63,915 nt of DNA, filler included, from Dehalococcoidia bacterium (GCA_041494685.1; 7 parts of 7 records of this genome joined end to end with filler, not necessarily neighbours in it); one strand, 5' to 3'; shown: positions 31,010 to 40,967, numbered from the whole stretch's first letter. Notes: generated by a model from the sequence alone, not told the origin. Program-made: numbers and translations.

Positions 31010-31867
31010 TTAACCGAACTCCGGCCGGAAACTCTCGACAATCTCAGAAACGTGGTCCGCAATACGGCGGAGCGTAATAAGGATTGGGCGTCGATAGACC
31101 GCAGCGCATCCTTCATAGAACGCTATCGAAGGGATGACGTCCGACTGCACATGCACGCGCGGACTGATCTCTATAACCTTTGCGCCATCTTCAAGCATCT
31201 TGATGAAGGGCCACTTAGCGTCCTCGTAGATGGCGTTCAGGGCGCTGATATCGGGGAACGCGGTTTCGTCGTCAGCCTTTCCCCAGATGTATCCATGCGG
31301 CTTCACACCGATGACCTGAAGCAGCCGATGCTTGTCCGCATTGTTGATTTCGCTGAGAAGGTAGAGCGGGCTAGATGCATGCCCACCACCGCGCTTGTAT
31401 GGCTGCAACAGCTCAATAGCTGCCTGATGTTTCGCCAACAAAAGGCCAATCCACTTCATGCCGAGACAGTTGAAGTGGCGGGGGTCGGCGCACATGGTTT
31501 TGCCTCTTCGCCCCGTTGCCAGCCGCCGCTTACACCCGGACGGTGTGCCGCTGAGAAAGATGGGGAACTGTGTCCCTGTAGGCGCGTCACCAGCACCAGG
31601 ATTCAGGCGGGCGAGTTGATAGATCAGACCGTCAAGAGCGGAGCGCAAGTTGTGGGCGATCTCGCCTATCAAGACGCCCAGGTCCGGCGGAGGAAGAACG
31701 TTCACGAGCACTCGGTAGACATCATCTCGCGTCTTCGGATTGTGCTCAGCACGGATGAGCTTGTAGTCGGCTTCGTCTTGGAACTCGTCCTCCAGCCTGG
31801 CCAGACGCTCGATTTCACGTTTTGCACACCGGACTTTGAAATCCGGGCCATCAAGGGGGTGCGTCAT
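31010..31867 (-). CDS. Hypothetical protein, possible HEPN-like nuclease
   Basis: GGAGG RBS; GEIAHNLRSALD, QFPIF, LQPY, LSEINNADKHR; lower GC. Confidence 0.7.
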   Translation of the reverse strand: MTHPLDGPDFKVRCAKREIERLARLEDEFQDEADYKLIRAEHNPKTRDDVYRVLVNVLPPPDLGVLIGEIAHNLRSALDGLIYQLARLNPGAGDAPTGTQFPIFLSGTPSGCKRRLATGRRGKTMCADPRHFNCLGMKWIGLLLAKHQAAIELLQPYKRGGGHASSPLYLLSEINNADKHRLLQVIGVKPHGYIWGKADDETAFPDISALNAIYEDAKWPFIKMLEDGAKVIEISPRVHVQSDVIPSIAFYEGCAAVYRRPILITLRRIADHVSEIVESFRPEFG

Positions 31868-31992
31868 GGGTACCTCCGAGCATGAAGGGCAATCCCGCCC
31901 AGACCCAGACGCAGTCCAAGGGCTACGAGATACCTGTGCCCAAGGCCAAATTTCGGGCTGGTGCCCTTAGCATAGCTCGCCCCGTCTCCCGA

Positions 31993-32062
31993 CTGACATC
32001 CGCCGCTAGGAGATCCGCCCCGCGATCCCCTACCATCGCCGCCGGACGAGTGCGCCCGGCGC
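31993..32062. repeat. 70-bp direct repeat, right copy
   Basis: See 30929-30998. Confidence 0.9.
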
Positions 32063-32246
32063 GCACGCCGTCCGCCCGTGCCCGGCGCGGCAGTTCAGAG
32101 GAGGGGCCACGTGCAAGACGAAATCGGTCCTGCCAGCCTCGGAGCCGCCGCGAAACACCGAAAAGTGCCAAGCAAACTCCGGGCGCGCAGCCCGGCCGGC
32201 GATCTGCTGTCTGATTGTCTGTTGTTTGTTCTGCGCGCGAAGCGCG

Positions 32247-32383
32247 CTACAGCGCCATCGTCTCGCGCTGCTCGCCCCAGACGCCGCGCAGCGTCTTGCA
32301 GATCTCGCCCAGCGTCACGTACTGCTCCACCGCCTCGATGAGCAGCGGCATCATGTTGTCGTCGCCCCGCGCCGCCGTCTCCA
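32247..32383 (-). CDS. Acyl-CoA (methylmalonyl/ethylmalonyl-CoA) mutase large subunit, C-terminal fragment
   Basis: Manual translation ETAARGDDNMMPLLIEAVEQYVTLGEICKTLRGVWGEQRETMAL*. Confidence 0.85.
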
Positions 32384-32483
32384 NNNNNNNNNNNNNNNNN
32401 NNNNNNNNNNNNNNNNNNNNNNNNNNNTTAATTAATTAANNNNNNNNNNNNNNNNNNNNNNNNNNNNNNNNNNNNNNNNNNNN
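32384..32483. other. Artificial contig linker
   Basis: N-run + TTAATTAATTAA + N-run. Confidence 0.99.
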
Positions 32484-33374
32484 CTCGGCATGCCGCGCGA
32501 CATCATCGACGAGGCGCGCGCCTCCATCGGCCCCGAGCAGCTGCAGGTCGAGGAACTGCTGTCCGACATCCGCCGCGAGCGCGAGGGTGCGGCCGACGCC
32601 CGCCGCGCCGAAGAACTGGCGCGCCGCGAAGCGGAAGAGATCCGCGGCCGTCTCGCCGAGCGCCTGGACGCCGCCGAGGCGGAGCGCGAAAAGCTGATCG
32701 CGAAGGCGCGCGAAGAGATAGATCGCGACGTCGAGCGCGCGCGGAAGGCGCTGGGCGAGGCCGAGCGCGAGGTCGAACAGCAGCGGCTCGCCGCCGCGCA
32801 GCAGAAGCTGATCGAGGCCGCCGAGGCCGCCGCACGGCTCGCATCCCGCGCCGCGCCGAAGCCCGCGCGCCGCCGCCCGGAGCCGCGCCCCGCGAGCGTG
32901 CCGGCGGGCCCGCCGCCGTCCGATATCCGCGAGGGCGATATGGTCTGGCTGCGCGGCATGGACGGTTGGGGCGAGGCGCTCTCCGAGCCCGACGCGAAAG
33001 GCGAGGTAGAGCTGCGCCTGGGCGCGCTGCGCAGCCGCGTCAAGCTCGCGCAGGTGGAGCGCGTGCAGCGCCCCGGCCCGGCGCAGTCGCAGGGCTACAC
33101 CGTCACGAACATCGCCCCGGCGCGCGAAGTCGCGCCCGAGATCGAGGTGCGCGGCCAGACGATCGACGAGGCGATGCCGACCGTGGAGCAGTACATCGAC
33201 GAAGCGTTCCGCGCCGGACTGGCGCGGGCGCGCATCATCCACGGCAAGGGCACCGGCACGCTGCGCCGCCAGGTGCGAGACTTCCTCGCGAAGCACCCGC
33301 TCGTCAAGTCGTACGAGCAGGCCCGCCCCGAGGAAGGCGGCGAAGGCGTCACCATCGTGCACCTGGCCCTGTAG
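32484..33374 (+). CDS. mutS2: MutS2 endonuclease, C-terminal part (coiled coil, KOW, Smr)
   Basis: LGMPRDIIDEAR, coiled coil, EIEVRGQTIDEA, IIHGKGTGTLR, EGGEGVTIV. Confidence 0.92.
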   Translation, partial: LGMPRDIIDEARASIGPEQLQVEELLSDIRREREGAADARRAEELARREAEEIRGRLAERLDAAEAEREKLIAKAREEIDRDVERARKALGEAEREVEQQRLAAAQQKLIEAAEAAARLASRAAPKPARRRPEPRPASVPAGPPPSDIREGDMVWLRGMDGWGEALSEPDAKGEVELRLGALRSRVKLAQVERVQRPGPAQSQGYTVTNIAPAREVAPEIEVRGQTIDEAMPTVEQYIDEAFRAGLARARIIHGKGTGTLRRQVRDFLAKHPLVKSYEQARPEEGGEGVTIVHLAL

Positions 33375-33505
33375 TGGGCGTCCCGTTTCAACAGCGAAAC
33401 GTCTGGTACGATCGAAGCCGCAGCCCGGGTAGCAATGACCACCGGCGACGCCTATATGCGGAGGGACAGCACTATCGGATTCGCTGAGCCAGCGAAGGTG
33501 TGCGC

Positions 33506-34432
33506 ATGAACGTCACCGTCCTCGCTGGCGGCGTCGGCGCGGCGCGCTTTCTCGAAGGCCTCGTCCAGGCCGTCCCGCAGGAATCGATCACCGTGATCTC
33601 CAACACCGGCGACGACGACGAGTTCTGGGGGCTGCGCGTCTCGCCCGACATCGATATCGTCATCTACACGCTCGCCGGCGCCGTCGACCCGGAGAAGGGA
33701 TGGGGGCTCACCGGCGAGACGTTCCACGCGCTCGAATCGCTCCGCCGCTTCGGCTACGACACCTGGTTCAACCTCGGCGACGGCGACATGGCCACCTGCG
33801 CGCACCGCACCGCCCTGCTGCGCGAGGGCGCCACGCTCAGCGACGCCACGCGGTCGATCGCCGGGGCGTTCGGCCTGCGGCTGCGCCTGCTCCCCGTCTC
33901 GGACGACCGCATCCGCACGCTCGTGGACACTGATCACGGTACGCTCGCGTTCCAGGCGTACTTCGTGCAGCGCCGCACCGCCGACGACGTGCTCGCCGTC
34001 CGCTTCGACGGCATCGACACTGCGGTGCCCGCGCCCGGCGTGCTCGACGCTATCCGCGACGCCGACGTCGTCGCGATCGCGCCGAGCAACCCCGTCGTCA
34101 GCATCGGTCCGCTGCTCGCCGTGCCCGGCGTGCGCGCCGCCCTGCGCGAGACGCGCGCGAAGGTCGTCGGCGTCAGCCCGATCATCGGCGGCAAGACGAT
34201 CAAGGGCCCCGCCGACCGCATGATGGCGTCGCTCGGCATGATGCCCACCGCCGCCGGCGTCGCGCGCGCCTACGCCGACTTCCTCGACGTGCTCGTGATC
34301 GACGAGCAGGACCGCGGCCTGGCGGCGGAGGTTGAGGCGGCGGGCGTGCGGTGCATCGTGGCGCAGACGATCATGCGCGGCCCGGCGGAGAAGCGCGCGC
34401 TGGCCGAGATCTGCCTGCGCGCGGCAGGGTGA
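33506..34432 (+). CDS. cofD: 2-phospho-L-lactate/PEP transferase (F420 biosynthesis)
   Basis: LAGGVGAARF, NTGDD, VSPDID, WFNLGD, PSNPVVSIGP, KGPA. Confidence 0.95.
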   Translation: MNVTVLAGGVGAARFLEGLVQAVPQESITVISNTGDDDEFWGLRVSPDIDIVIYTLAGAVDPEKGWGLTGETFHALESLRRFGYDTWFNLGDGDMATCAHRTALLREGATLSDATRSIAGAFGLRLRLLPVSDDRIRTLVDTDHGTLAFQAYFVQRRTADDVLAVRFDGIDTAVPAPGVLDAIRDADVVAIAPSNPVVSIGPLLAVPGVRAALRETRAKVVGVSPIIGGKTIKGPADRMMASLGMMPTAAGVARAYADFLDVLVIDEQDRGLAAEVEAAGVRCIVAQTIMRGPAEKRALAEICLRAAG

Positions 34433-34436
34433 CTCG

Positions 34437-35090
34437 ATGCGTGCCGCGCTGATCCCCATGAAAGAGCTGGCGCAGGCCAAGATGCGCCTGGCCGGCGAGC
34501 TGGACGCCGCGCAGCGCGCCGAGCTGGCGCTCGCCATGCTCACCGACGTCCTCGCCGCGTGCACCGAGAGCGGCTGCTTCGACGTCATCAGCGTCATCAG
34601 CAACGACAGCGAGGTCTTCTGGCACGTCCGCGAGCGGGGCGCGAAGCCGCTCGCCGAACCCGCGACCCTCTCCGGGCTCAACGAGAGCCTGACGTTCGGC
34701 CAGCGCTACCTGGCCCGCCGTATTGCGGTGGACGAGCTGGTCGTTCTGCCCGCCGACATCCCGCTCGCGCGCGCCGAGGACATCCGCGCCGTCGTCGACG
34801 CGCTCGGTACGGGCGCGGGGCCGCGCGCTGTGCTCGTCCGCTCGCGCGATAACGGTACCAACGCGCTCGCCATGCGCCCGCCGGAAGGGGTATCGATGCA
34901 CTACGGCCGCGACAGCGCCGACGCCCACCGCGCCGCCGCCGAGGCGGCCGGCATCGAGGTGATCGAGATCGAGAACGACCGCCTGGCGTACGACATCGAC
35001 GCGCCCGAGGACCTCGCGGAGCTGCCGGCGCTGGCCGTCGGCGCCGCCACGCGCGGCTGGCTCGAAGCCAGGTCAGCGTTTAGCGTGTAG
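34437..35090 (+). CDS. cofC: 2-phospho-L-lactate/PEP guanylyltransferase
   Basis: IPMKELAQAKMRL, GLN, PADIP, GTNAL, DIDAPEDL. Confidence 0.92.
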   Translation: MRAALIPMKELAQAKMRLAGELDAAQRAELALAMLTDVLAACTESGCFDVISVISNDSEVFWHVRERGAKPLAEPATLSGLNESLTFGQRYLARRIAVDELVVLPADIPLARAEDIRAVVDALGTGAGPRAVLVRSRDNGTNALAMRPPEGVSMHYGRDSADAHRAAAEAAGIEVIEIENDRLAYDIDAPEDLAELPALAVGAATRGWLEARSAFSV

Positions 35091-35092
35091 CG

Positions 35093-35713
35093 ATGAGCAC
35101 GGACCAGCCGATCGACGCCCTCACCGCCATCCGCACGCGCCGCTCGCTGCGCCAGCTCGCACCGCGCCTCGTGCCGCGCGCGCTCGTCGACGAGGCGCTG
35201 GCGCTCGGGGTGTTGGCGCCGGCGCCGCACCACACGCGCCCGTGGCGCTACGTCGTCGTCTCACCGCAGCGCCGCGAAGCGCTCGCCGTTGCGATGGGCG
35301 CGGTGTGGCGCGCCGACCTGGAGCGCGACGGTCATCCGCCCGAGCTGATCGAGAGGCTGCTGCGGAGGTCGCGCCGCCAGATCACCGGGGCGCCCGCGCT
35401 GATCCTCGCCTGCCTCACACATGAGGGCCTGCGCGACTGGGCGGACGACCGCCGCGCTCGCAACGAGTGGGCGATGGCGCAGCAGTCCGTCGGCGCGGGC
35501 ATGCAGAACATCATGCTCGCGGCGCACGCGCTCGGCCTGGCGTCGTACTGGATCTCGGCGCCGCTCTTCGCGCCCGAAGCGGTGCGCGAGGCGCTCGACC
35601 TGCCGTCGGATTATGTCGCGCAGGCGTTCGTCGTGCTCGGCTACCCCGCCAATGGCGCGGCCCCGAAGCCACGCCCGCCGGCCGACACATCGTCGCTGAT
35701 CATCGAGCGATAG
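35093..35713 (+). CDS. Nitroreductase-family protein resembling the FbiB C-terminal domain (FbiE-like dehydro-F420 reductase)
   Basis: RRSLR, APAPHHTRPWRY, GAGMQNIMLA; operon with cofD-cofC. Confidence 0.8.
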   Translation: MSTDQPIDALTAIRTRRSLRQLAPRLVPRALVDEALALGVLAPAPHHTRPWRYVVVSPQRREALAVAMGAVWRADLERDGHPPELIERLLRRSRRQITGAPALILACLTHEGLRDWADDRRARNEWAMAQQSVGAGMQNIMLAAHALGLASYWISAPLFAPEAVREALDLPSDYVAQAFVVLGYPANGAAPKPRPPADTSSLIIER

Positions 35714-35720
35714 CCGCCCG

Positions 35721-36662
35721 CTACTCGCCGATCAGCAAGTCCGCCGCCGAGTGCGGGTCGATCTCGCGGCGCGCGACCTGGTCCGCCAGCGCGTCGATGC
35801 GGCCGTCCGCGCCGTGCCGCGCTACCAGCCGGTCGATCAGCCGTTGCCGCGCCAGCGTCAGCACCTGGTGCCGCGCCTGCTCGTGCCGGTGCGACTCCCT
35901 CACGTCCGTCGTCGCGATGTACGCGCGGTGTTCCTCCAGCGCGTCCAGCAGCTCGCCCACCCCCTCGCCGAGCGCGCCGGCCGTCTTGATGATCGGCGTC
36001 TTGCGCGCGTGCGGCGACGCGTCCATCATCGCGCTCAGCTGCCGCGCGATCAGATCCGCGTTCGGCAGGTCGCACTTGTTGACGACCAGGATGTCGGCGA
36101 TCTCCATGATCCCCGCCTTCATCGCCTGCACGTCGTCGCCGAAGCCGGGCGTCAGCACCACCACGGTGGTGTCCGCCATCGCCGCCACTTCGACCTCGTC
36201 CTGCCCCGCGCCGACGGTCTCCACCAGCACGACGTCCTTGCCGAACGCGTCCAGCGCCGTCACGACGCCCGCGGTGCTCGGCGCCAGCCCGCCCAGGTTG
36301 CCGCGCGTCGCCATGCTTCGCACGTACACGCCAGTATCCGACGTCAGATCCTGCATGCGGATGCGGTCGCCCAGCAGCGCTCCCTGGCTGAACGGCGACG
36401 TCGGGTCGATCGCCACGATGCCCAGCGTGCGCCCGCGCCGCCGCGTCTCCCGCGCGATCGCGCCCGAGAGCGTGCTCTTCCCCGCGCCCGCGGAACCCGT
36501 CAGGCCGATCGTGTGCGCGCGCCCGGACTTCGGGTACAGCAGTCGCAGCGCGCGGCGCCCCTCCGGCGTGTCGTTCTCGATCAGCGTGAGCAGGCGCGAC
36601 AGCGCGCGGCGGTTGCCGGCCAGCAGCCCGTCGACCAGCTCCTCTACGGTTGGCGGCGGCAT
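35721..36662 (-). CDS. meaB: Methylmalonyl-CoA mutase-associated GTPase
   Basis: GSAGAGKST, DPTSPFSQGALLGDRIRM, ETVGAGQ, NKCD. Confidence 0.95.
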   Translation of the reverse strand: MPPPTVEELVDGLLAGNRRALSRLLTLIENDTPEGRRALRLLYPKSGRAHTIGLTGSAGAGKSTLSGAIARETRRRGRTLGIVAIDPTSPFSQGALLGDRIRMQDLTSDTGVYVRSMATRGNLGGLAPSTAGVVTALDAFGKDVVLVETVGAGQDEVEVAAMADTTVVVLTPGFGDDVQAMKAGIMEIADILVVNKCDLPNADLIARQLSAMMDASPHARKTPIIKTAGALGEGVGELLDALEEHRAYIATTDVRESHRHEQARHQVLTLARQRLIDRLVARHGADGRIDALADQVARREIDPHSAADLLIGE

Positions 36663-36669
36663 GGGTGGA

Positions 36670-37092
36670 TCAGGTGGCGCGCGCCGGGCGCTTGGCGGCC
36701 CAGTCGCGCACGAAGGCGATGATGTCCTCGGTGGACGTACCCGGGCCGAAGATCGCCTGGAAACCCGTCCCTTTCAGCGGCTCGATGTCCGCGTCCGGGA
36801 TGATGCCGCCGGCGAAGAGCAGCACCTCGTCCGGCTTGATCTCGCGGTCGCGTAGCGCCTTCACGACGCGCGGAAACAGCTCCATGTGGGCGCCCGACAG
36901 AATGCTCAGCCCGATGACGTCCACGTCTTCCTGCAGCGCCGCCTCGGCGATCATCTCCGGCGTCTGGCGGATGCCCGTGTAGATGACCTCCATGCCGGCG
37001 TCGCGCAGCGCGCGGGCCACCACCTTGGCGCCGCGGTCGTGTCCGTCCAGCCCCGGCTTCGCGATCAGCACCCGTATCTTGTCGTCTGCCAT
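36670..37092 (-). CDS. Cobalamin-binding small subunit of an acyl-CoA mutase
   Basis: [31 protein letters not shown] upstream. Confidence 0.95.
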   Translation of the reverse strand: MADDKIRVLIAKPGLDGHDRGAKVVARALRDAGMEVIYTGIRQTPEMIAEAALQEDVDVIGLSILSGAHMELFPRVVKALRDREIKPDEVLLFAGGIIPDADIEPLKGTGFQAIFGPGTSTEDIIAFVRDWAAKRPARAT

Positions 37093-37219
37093 AGCGCCCG
37101 GATTATATGGATTCGAGACGGTTATGGAAACCGCCATGTGTCAACGCGCATCCAGAGCGATGAGGTGGCCGCGCACCATCCCCGATCGTCGTCCGTGCCT
37201 CAGCCGTGCAACCCAGCCG

Positions 37220-38575
37220 TCAGCCGGACTTCTGCAGCAGCTGCACCGACACGCCGTTCGCCGCGTCCTTGTGCACGCGCGCAACGCGGGTGCCCGGCCA
37301 GACGCCCGGCTCCGGATCGCCCACCTCCACGCCCTTCGCGCGCAGGTCACGCACGGCCGCGTCGATGTCGTCCACCTCGAGCGAGATCGAGAACATCCCC
37401 TGGCCGCGCTCCGCGATCCGCTGCGCGACGCGATGGTCCGGCGTCAGCGGCTGCAACAGCTCCACGTACGCGTTGCCCGCCGGCAGCTTGGCGATCCGCA
37501 GGTGCGAACCCGCCGGCTCGATCGTCTCCGACGCGTACAGCTCCAGCGTCGACGACCACTTCGCCAGCGTCTGCTCGATGTCCGCGGTCGAGACCACTAC
37601 ATGATCTAGCCCCTTCACCGCGAAGGCGCGGCGCTCCGGCGCGTTGTCGAAGGCCTGCCCGTGCGGCACGCGCGACTCCGCCTTGAACGAGTCCGGCGTG
37701 TGCTCGATCAGCAGCGTCGCCACGCCGTGTGTCGCCGCGCCCTTCGCGGTCGCCACCAGCGTGCCCGGCTTGATCCCCGGCCGCGGCCCGCTGACCTCGA
37801 TGCCGGCCGCGATGAGCCGCGCGCACGTCGCCGCCAGGTTGTCGACGCCCCACGCCAGACCCCAGTAGCGGTCCGGCTTGCCGACGCCCTCCTTGGGCTG
37901 CGACGCGCCGCCGCTGATCTCGATCGTGATGTCGCCCAGGCGAAAGAACAGGATGCGCGTGTTGCGCTCCGGGAACGTGCGGTCCAGCGCCAGCCGCGCG
38001 CCCAGCGCGTGGCCCCACAGCCGGCGCGCGGCCTCCATGTCCGGCGAAAGCACCACCGCATGGTCCATCCGGGTCACGCAGGAGCCGTCCAACGCCACAA
38101 GTTCGGACGGCGGCAGCACGCCCGGCAGCGTCTTGTGCTGGATGAAGAAGATGCGCGTCCCATGCGTCGATTTGGGCGAAACCATTGCGTTGCGCCAGTG
38201 GCGCCGCGCGCCGCTGACCGCGTCCACGCCATCGCCGTCCGACGGGTCGAGCACGTCCAGTCCCTGGTGCCGCGCCTCGCGCGCCGTCGCGTCGACATCC
38301 TGCGTGCCCAGCGCCAGCGCGTACACGCCCTCGCCCCGCGACTCCAGGTGCCGCGACAGTTCGCCCGACCAGCGCGCGTCGCCACCGCCGCCGCCCAGCG
38401 CCAGCAGTTCGATATAGGTGTTGTCGATCTTGAACAGCGTGTTGCGCGTGCCGTAGCGCGGGTGGTCGCCGCGCCACGACGGCTGCCGCCCCAGCAGCGC
38501 CGTGTAGTCCGCCGTCGCCGTGTCCAGGTCGCGCACGGCGATGATGACATGATCGAGTGTCAGGTCGTCGCTCAT
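37220..38575 (-). CDS. Protein with three tandem VOC (glyoxalase-fold) domains
   Basis: Three DH[V/A]...E[L/I] modules (LDHVII, MDHAVV, LDHVVV). Confidence 0.8.
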   Translation of the reverse strand: MSDDLTLDHVIIAVRDLDTATADYTALLGRQPSWRGDHPRYGTRNTLFKIDNTYIELLALGGGGGDARWSGELSRHLESRGEGVYALALGTQDVDATAREARHQGLDVLDPSDGDGVDAVSGARRHWRNAMVSPKSTHGTRIFFIQHKTLPGVLPPSELVALDGSCVTRMDHAVVLSPDMEAARRLWGHALGARLALDRTFPERNTRILFFRLGDITIEISGGASQPKEGVGKPDRYWGLAWGVDNLAATCARLIAAGIEVSGPRPGIKPGTLVATAKGAATHGVATLLIEHTPDSFKAESRVPHGQAFDNAPERRAFAVKGLDHVVVSTADIEQTLAKWSSTLELYASETIEPAGSHLRIAKLPAGNAYVELLQPLTPDHRVAQRIAERGQGMFSISLEVDDIDAAVRDLRAKGVEVGDPEPGVWPGTRVARVHKDAANGVSVQLLQKSG

Positions 38576-39003
38576 GCGTCCCCTGCCGTGGCCGGCGCCG
38601 CTTCATCGATCGGCTCGCACAGCTCGACCAGCGCGCCATCCATCGCGTTCGGGTGCAGGAAGCAGATGCGCCCGGCGAGGCCGATGCGCGGCTGCTGGTC
38701 GATCAGCTCCACGCCCTTCACCTTCAGGGCTTCCAGGTCGGCGTCCACGCTATCGACCTGGAAGCAAATGTGGTGCAGACCTTCGCCCTTCCGCTCCAGG
38801 TAGCGCGCCACGCCTGTGTCGGGCATGACCGGCTCCAGCAGCTCGATCTCGCTGTCGCCGAGTGTCAGCAGCGCCGCCTTCACGCCCTGCTCCTGGATCG
38901 TCTCGATCTTGTGGACGTGCAGCCCCAGCGTGTCGCGATAGAAGCGCATCGCCTGCTCCATATCGCGCACGACGATGCCCACGTGGTGCACGTTCGTGAT
39001 CAT
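38572..39003 (-). CDS. mce: Methylmalonyl-CoA epimerase
   Basis: HHVGIVV, EQGV, EIELLEP, GEGLHHICF, FLHP, LVELCE. Confidence 0.92.
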   Translation of the reverse strand: MITNVHHVGIVVRDMEQAMRFYRDTLGLHVHKIETIQEQGVKAALLTLGDSEIELLEPVMPDTGVARYLERKGEGLHHICFQVDSVDADLEALKVKGVELIDQQPRIGLAGRICFLHPNAMDGALVELCEPIDEAAPATAGDA

Positions 39004-39064
39004 GCGGCGAGTGTAGCGCCCCCCGCGCCAGCGCGGAATGCCCGCCAAACGCAGGCTCGTGCCG

Positions 39065-39523
39065 TCACGGCGCGAGCTGCTTGCGGTACTCCAGGATCGC
39101 CGGCAGATGCTCGCGGTAGTGGCCGTAGCCGCTTGTCTCGAGCAGCCGGTTGATCGTCTTGCCTTCGCCGAAGCGGTCCGCCGGCAGCGCCTTCGCTGCT
39201 CGCAGGTAGTTCGCGTACGACTGCTGCAAGTCCGCCACGACCGTCGTCGCGTTCTGCGCGTGCATCGCCGCCGCGAACCGCGAGTTCCACGCGTCGGAGT
39301 CGCTGTAGTCCACGCCCTCCGGCGTCGGCTTTTCGCCACGCGCCATCCGCTCCATCGCGGCCGTCATCGTGTGCTGCCATCCAGCGATGTGCGCCAGGAT
39401 GTCTTTCACGCCCCAGGTGCCATAGAAGACCCGGCTCATCGCGCCTTCGTCCAGCCCCTGCACCGCCGCCAGCAGATCGTCGAACCCTCGCTGCAGTTCG
39501 CCCAGCACCGTCTGCTTGTCCAT
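39065..39523 (-). CDS. DinB/ClbS-DfsB family protein
   Basis: WGVKDILAHIAGW...GHYREH; AGGAGGGAG RBS. Confidence 0.85.
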   Translation of the reverse strand: MDKQTVLGELQRGFDDLLAAVQGLDEGAMSRVFYGTWGVKDILAHIAGWQHTMTAAMERMARGEKPTPEGVDYSDSDAWNSRFAAAMHAQNATTVVADLQQSYANYLRAAKALPADRFGEGKTINRLLETSGYGHYREHLPAILEYRKQLAP

Positions 39524-39689
39524 GCGCGCAACTCCCTCCTGCTGCTCGCTATCGCCCCGCGCGCGTCATCGCCGCGGGCGATCGGAGTGTAGGCACGTGC
39601 GGTAGCCCGGTCAACGAACGGGATGCGTGATCCCATGCGGCATGCGTCGGGCCAGATGGGAACGCGGAGCAGGTCCCCTGTCCGTCGCC

Positions 39690-40967
39690 CTACGCCGCCA
39701 GCGGCAGTCCACCCGCGGGGTGTCCGTCCTCGTCGTGGCCCTGACCCCGCATCGCGTCGTCCAGGTCGCGCAGAAGGTTTGTGTCGTACAGGTGCACGAA
39801 CGCCTCGACGATGGCCGGATCCAGATGGCTGCCGCTCATCCGTTTGATCTCGGCGATCGCCTCGTGCGCCGGCCATGCCGCCTTGTACGGCCGCTCGCTG
39901 ATCAGCGCGTCGTAGACGTCGGCCACCGCGACGATGCGCGCCGCCAGGGGAATCTCCTCGCCGGCGAGGCGGTCGGGGTAGCCCGTCCCGTCCCACTTCT
40001 CGTGGTGCGATCGCGCCACTTCGCGCGCCGCGCGGAACTCGTCGCTCTCGGAGAGCAGGTCGTCCCCCCACAACGTATGCTTCTGGATCTCGCGCCGCTC
40101 CGGCTGCGTCAGCGCGCCCGGCTTCTTCAGGATCGCGTCCGGCACCTGGGCCTTGCCCACGTCGTGGATCATCGCAGCGTACGCGACCTCGCGCGCTTCC
40201 TGCTCGCCCATGCCCAACCGCAGCGCCAGCGCGAGCGAGTAGTACTGGATGTGCCGCAGGTGCATACCGGCGTCGGTATCGCGCGCCTCGACGATCGTCG
40301 CCAGCATCGTCAGCGTCTGCCGCGTCTTCTGCTCCAGCCCCTCGCGACGCCGCCGCAGCTCCGTGGAGAGCGAGACCGCGACGAAGCTCGTCAGCACGAA
40401 GAACACCAGCCGCACCGGCAGTTCGCGTCTGAAGTACGTATCAGTGTCGAAGAAGCCCAGCGACACGCCGACGAACAGCCCCGTCCACAGCGCCGCCCAG
40501 AACAGCGAGCCCACCGGCCCGTACACCAGGCTGTTGGACACGATCAGCGTGATGTAGATCAGCCAGATGTCCGACTCGTACCCGGCCTGCCCCATCTTCA
40601 TGAACACGTACAGCGACGCGCCGATGATGATCGCGTTGTCCAGCACGATCGACACCACGCGCTGGAGGCGCTTGCGCCCCTGGAAGATCAGCGCGGCCAT
40701 GCCGAAGTTCGCGACGATCGCGCTGCCGCACGCCGCCAGCACGCCCTCGCGCCCCGGCAGCGCCGTGCCCTGCAGCAGCACCGCGAGCGCCACGAGCAGC
40801 GCGATCGCCGGCCGCACGATCAGGAACATCCGCTCAAGCTCCATATTCCCGCTGCCCAGGAACGAGTCGACCGGGTGCCAGAGGCGCGAACGCAGCGTCC
40901 GCTCAGGCCCAAGCCGCCTGGCGGTACGCAACGGGATATCGAACGATATGGGAGCCCGCACGTCCAT
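39690..40967 (-). CDS. Membrane-bound HD-GYP cyclic-dinucleotide phosphodiesterase
   Basis: About 6 TM segments, then EARD, HDVGK, HHEKWDGTGYP; start uncertain. Confidence 0.9.
   Translation of the reverse strand: MDVRAPISFDIPLRTARRLGPERTLRSRLWHPVDSFLGSGNMELERMFLIVRPAIALLVALAVLLQGTALPGREGVLAACGSAIVANFGMAALIFQGRKRLQRVVSIVLDNAIIIGASLYVFMKMGQAGYESDIWLIYITLIVSNSLVYGPVGSLFWAALWTGLFVGVSLGFFDTDTYFRRELPVRLVFFVLTSFVAVSLSTELRRRREGLEQKTRQTLTMLATIVEARDTDAGMHLRHIQYYSLALALRLGMGEQEAREVAYAAMIHDVGKAQVPDAILKKPGALTQPERREIQKHTLWGDDLLSESDEFRAAREVARSHHEKWDGTGYPDRLAGEEIPLAARIVAVADVYDALISERPYKAAWPAHEAIAEIKRMSGSHLDPAIVEAFVHLYDTNLLRDLDDAMRGQGHDEDGHPAGGLPLAA

Noticed and set aside
30986..31885. 299-aa plus-strand ORF fully antisense to the HEPN-like gene
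   Set aside because: The minus-strand ORF has a GGAGG RBS and recognisable conserved motifs; the plus-strand ORF has neither.
32247..37092. Mutase large-subunit fragment near the B12 subunit and meaB as one operon
   Set aside because: They are on different contigs; only a functional link can be inferred.
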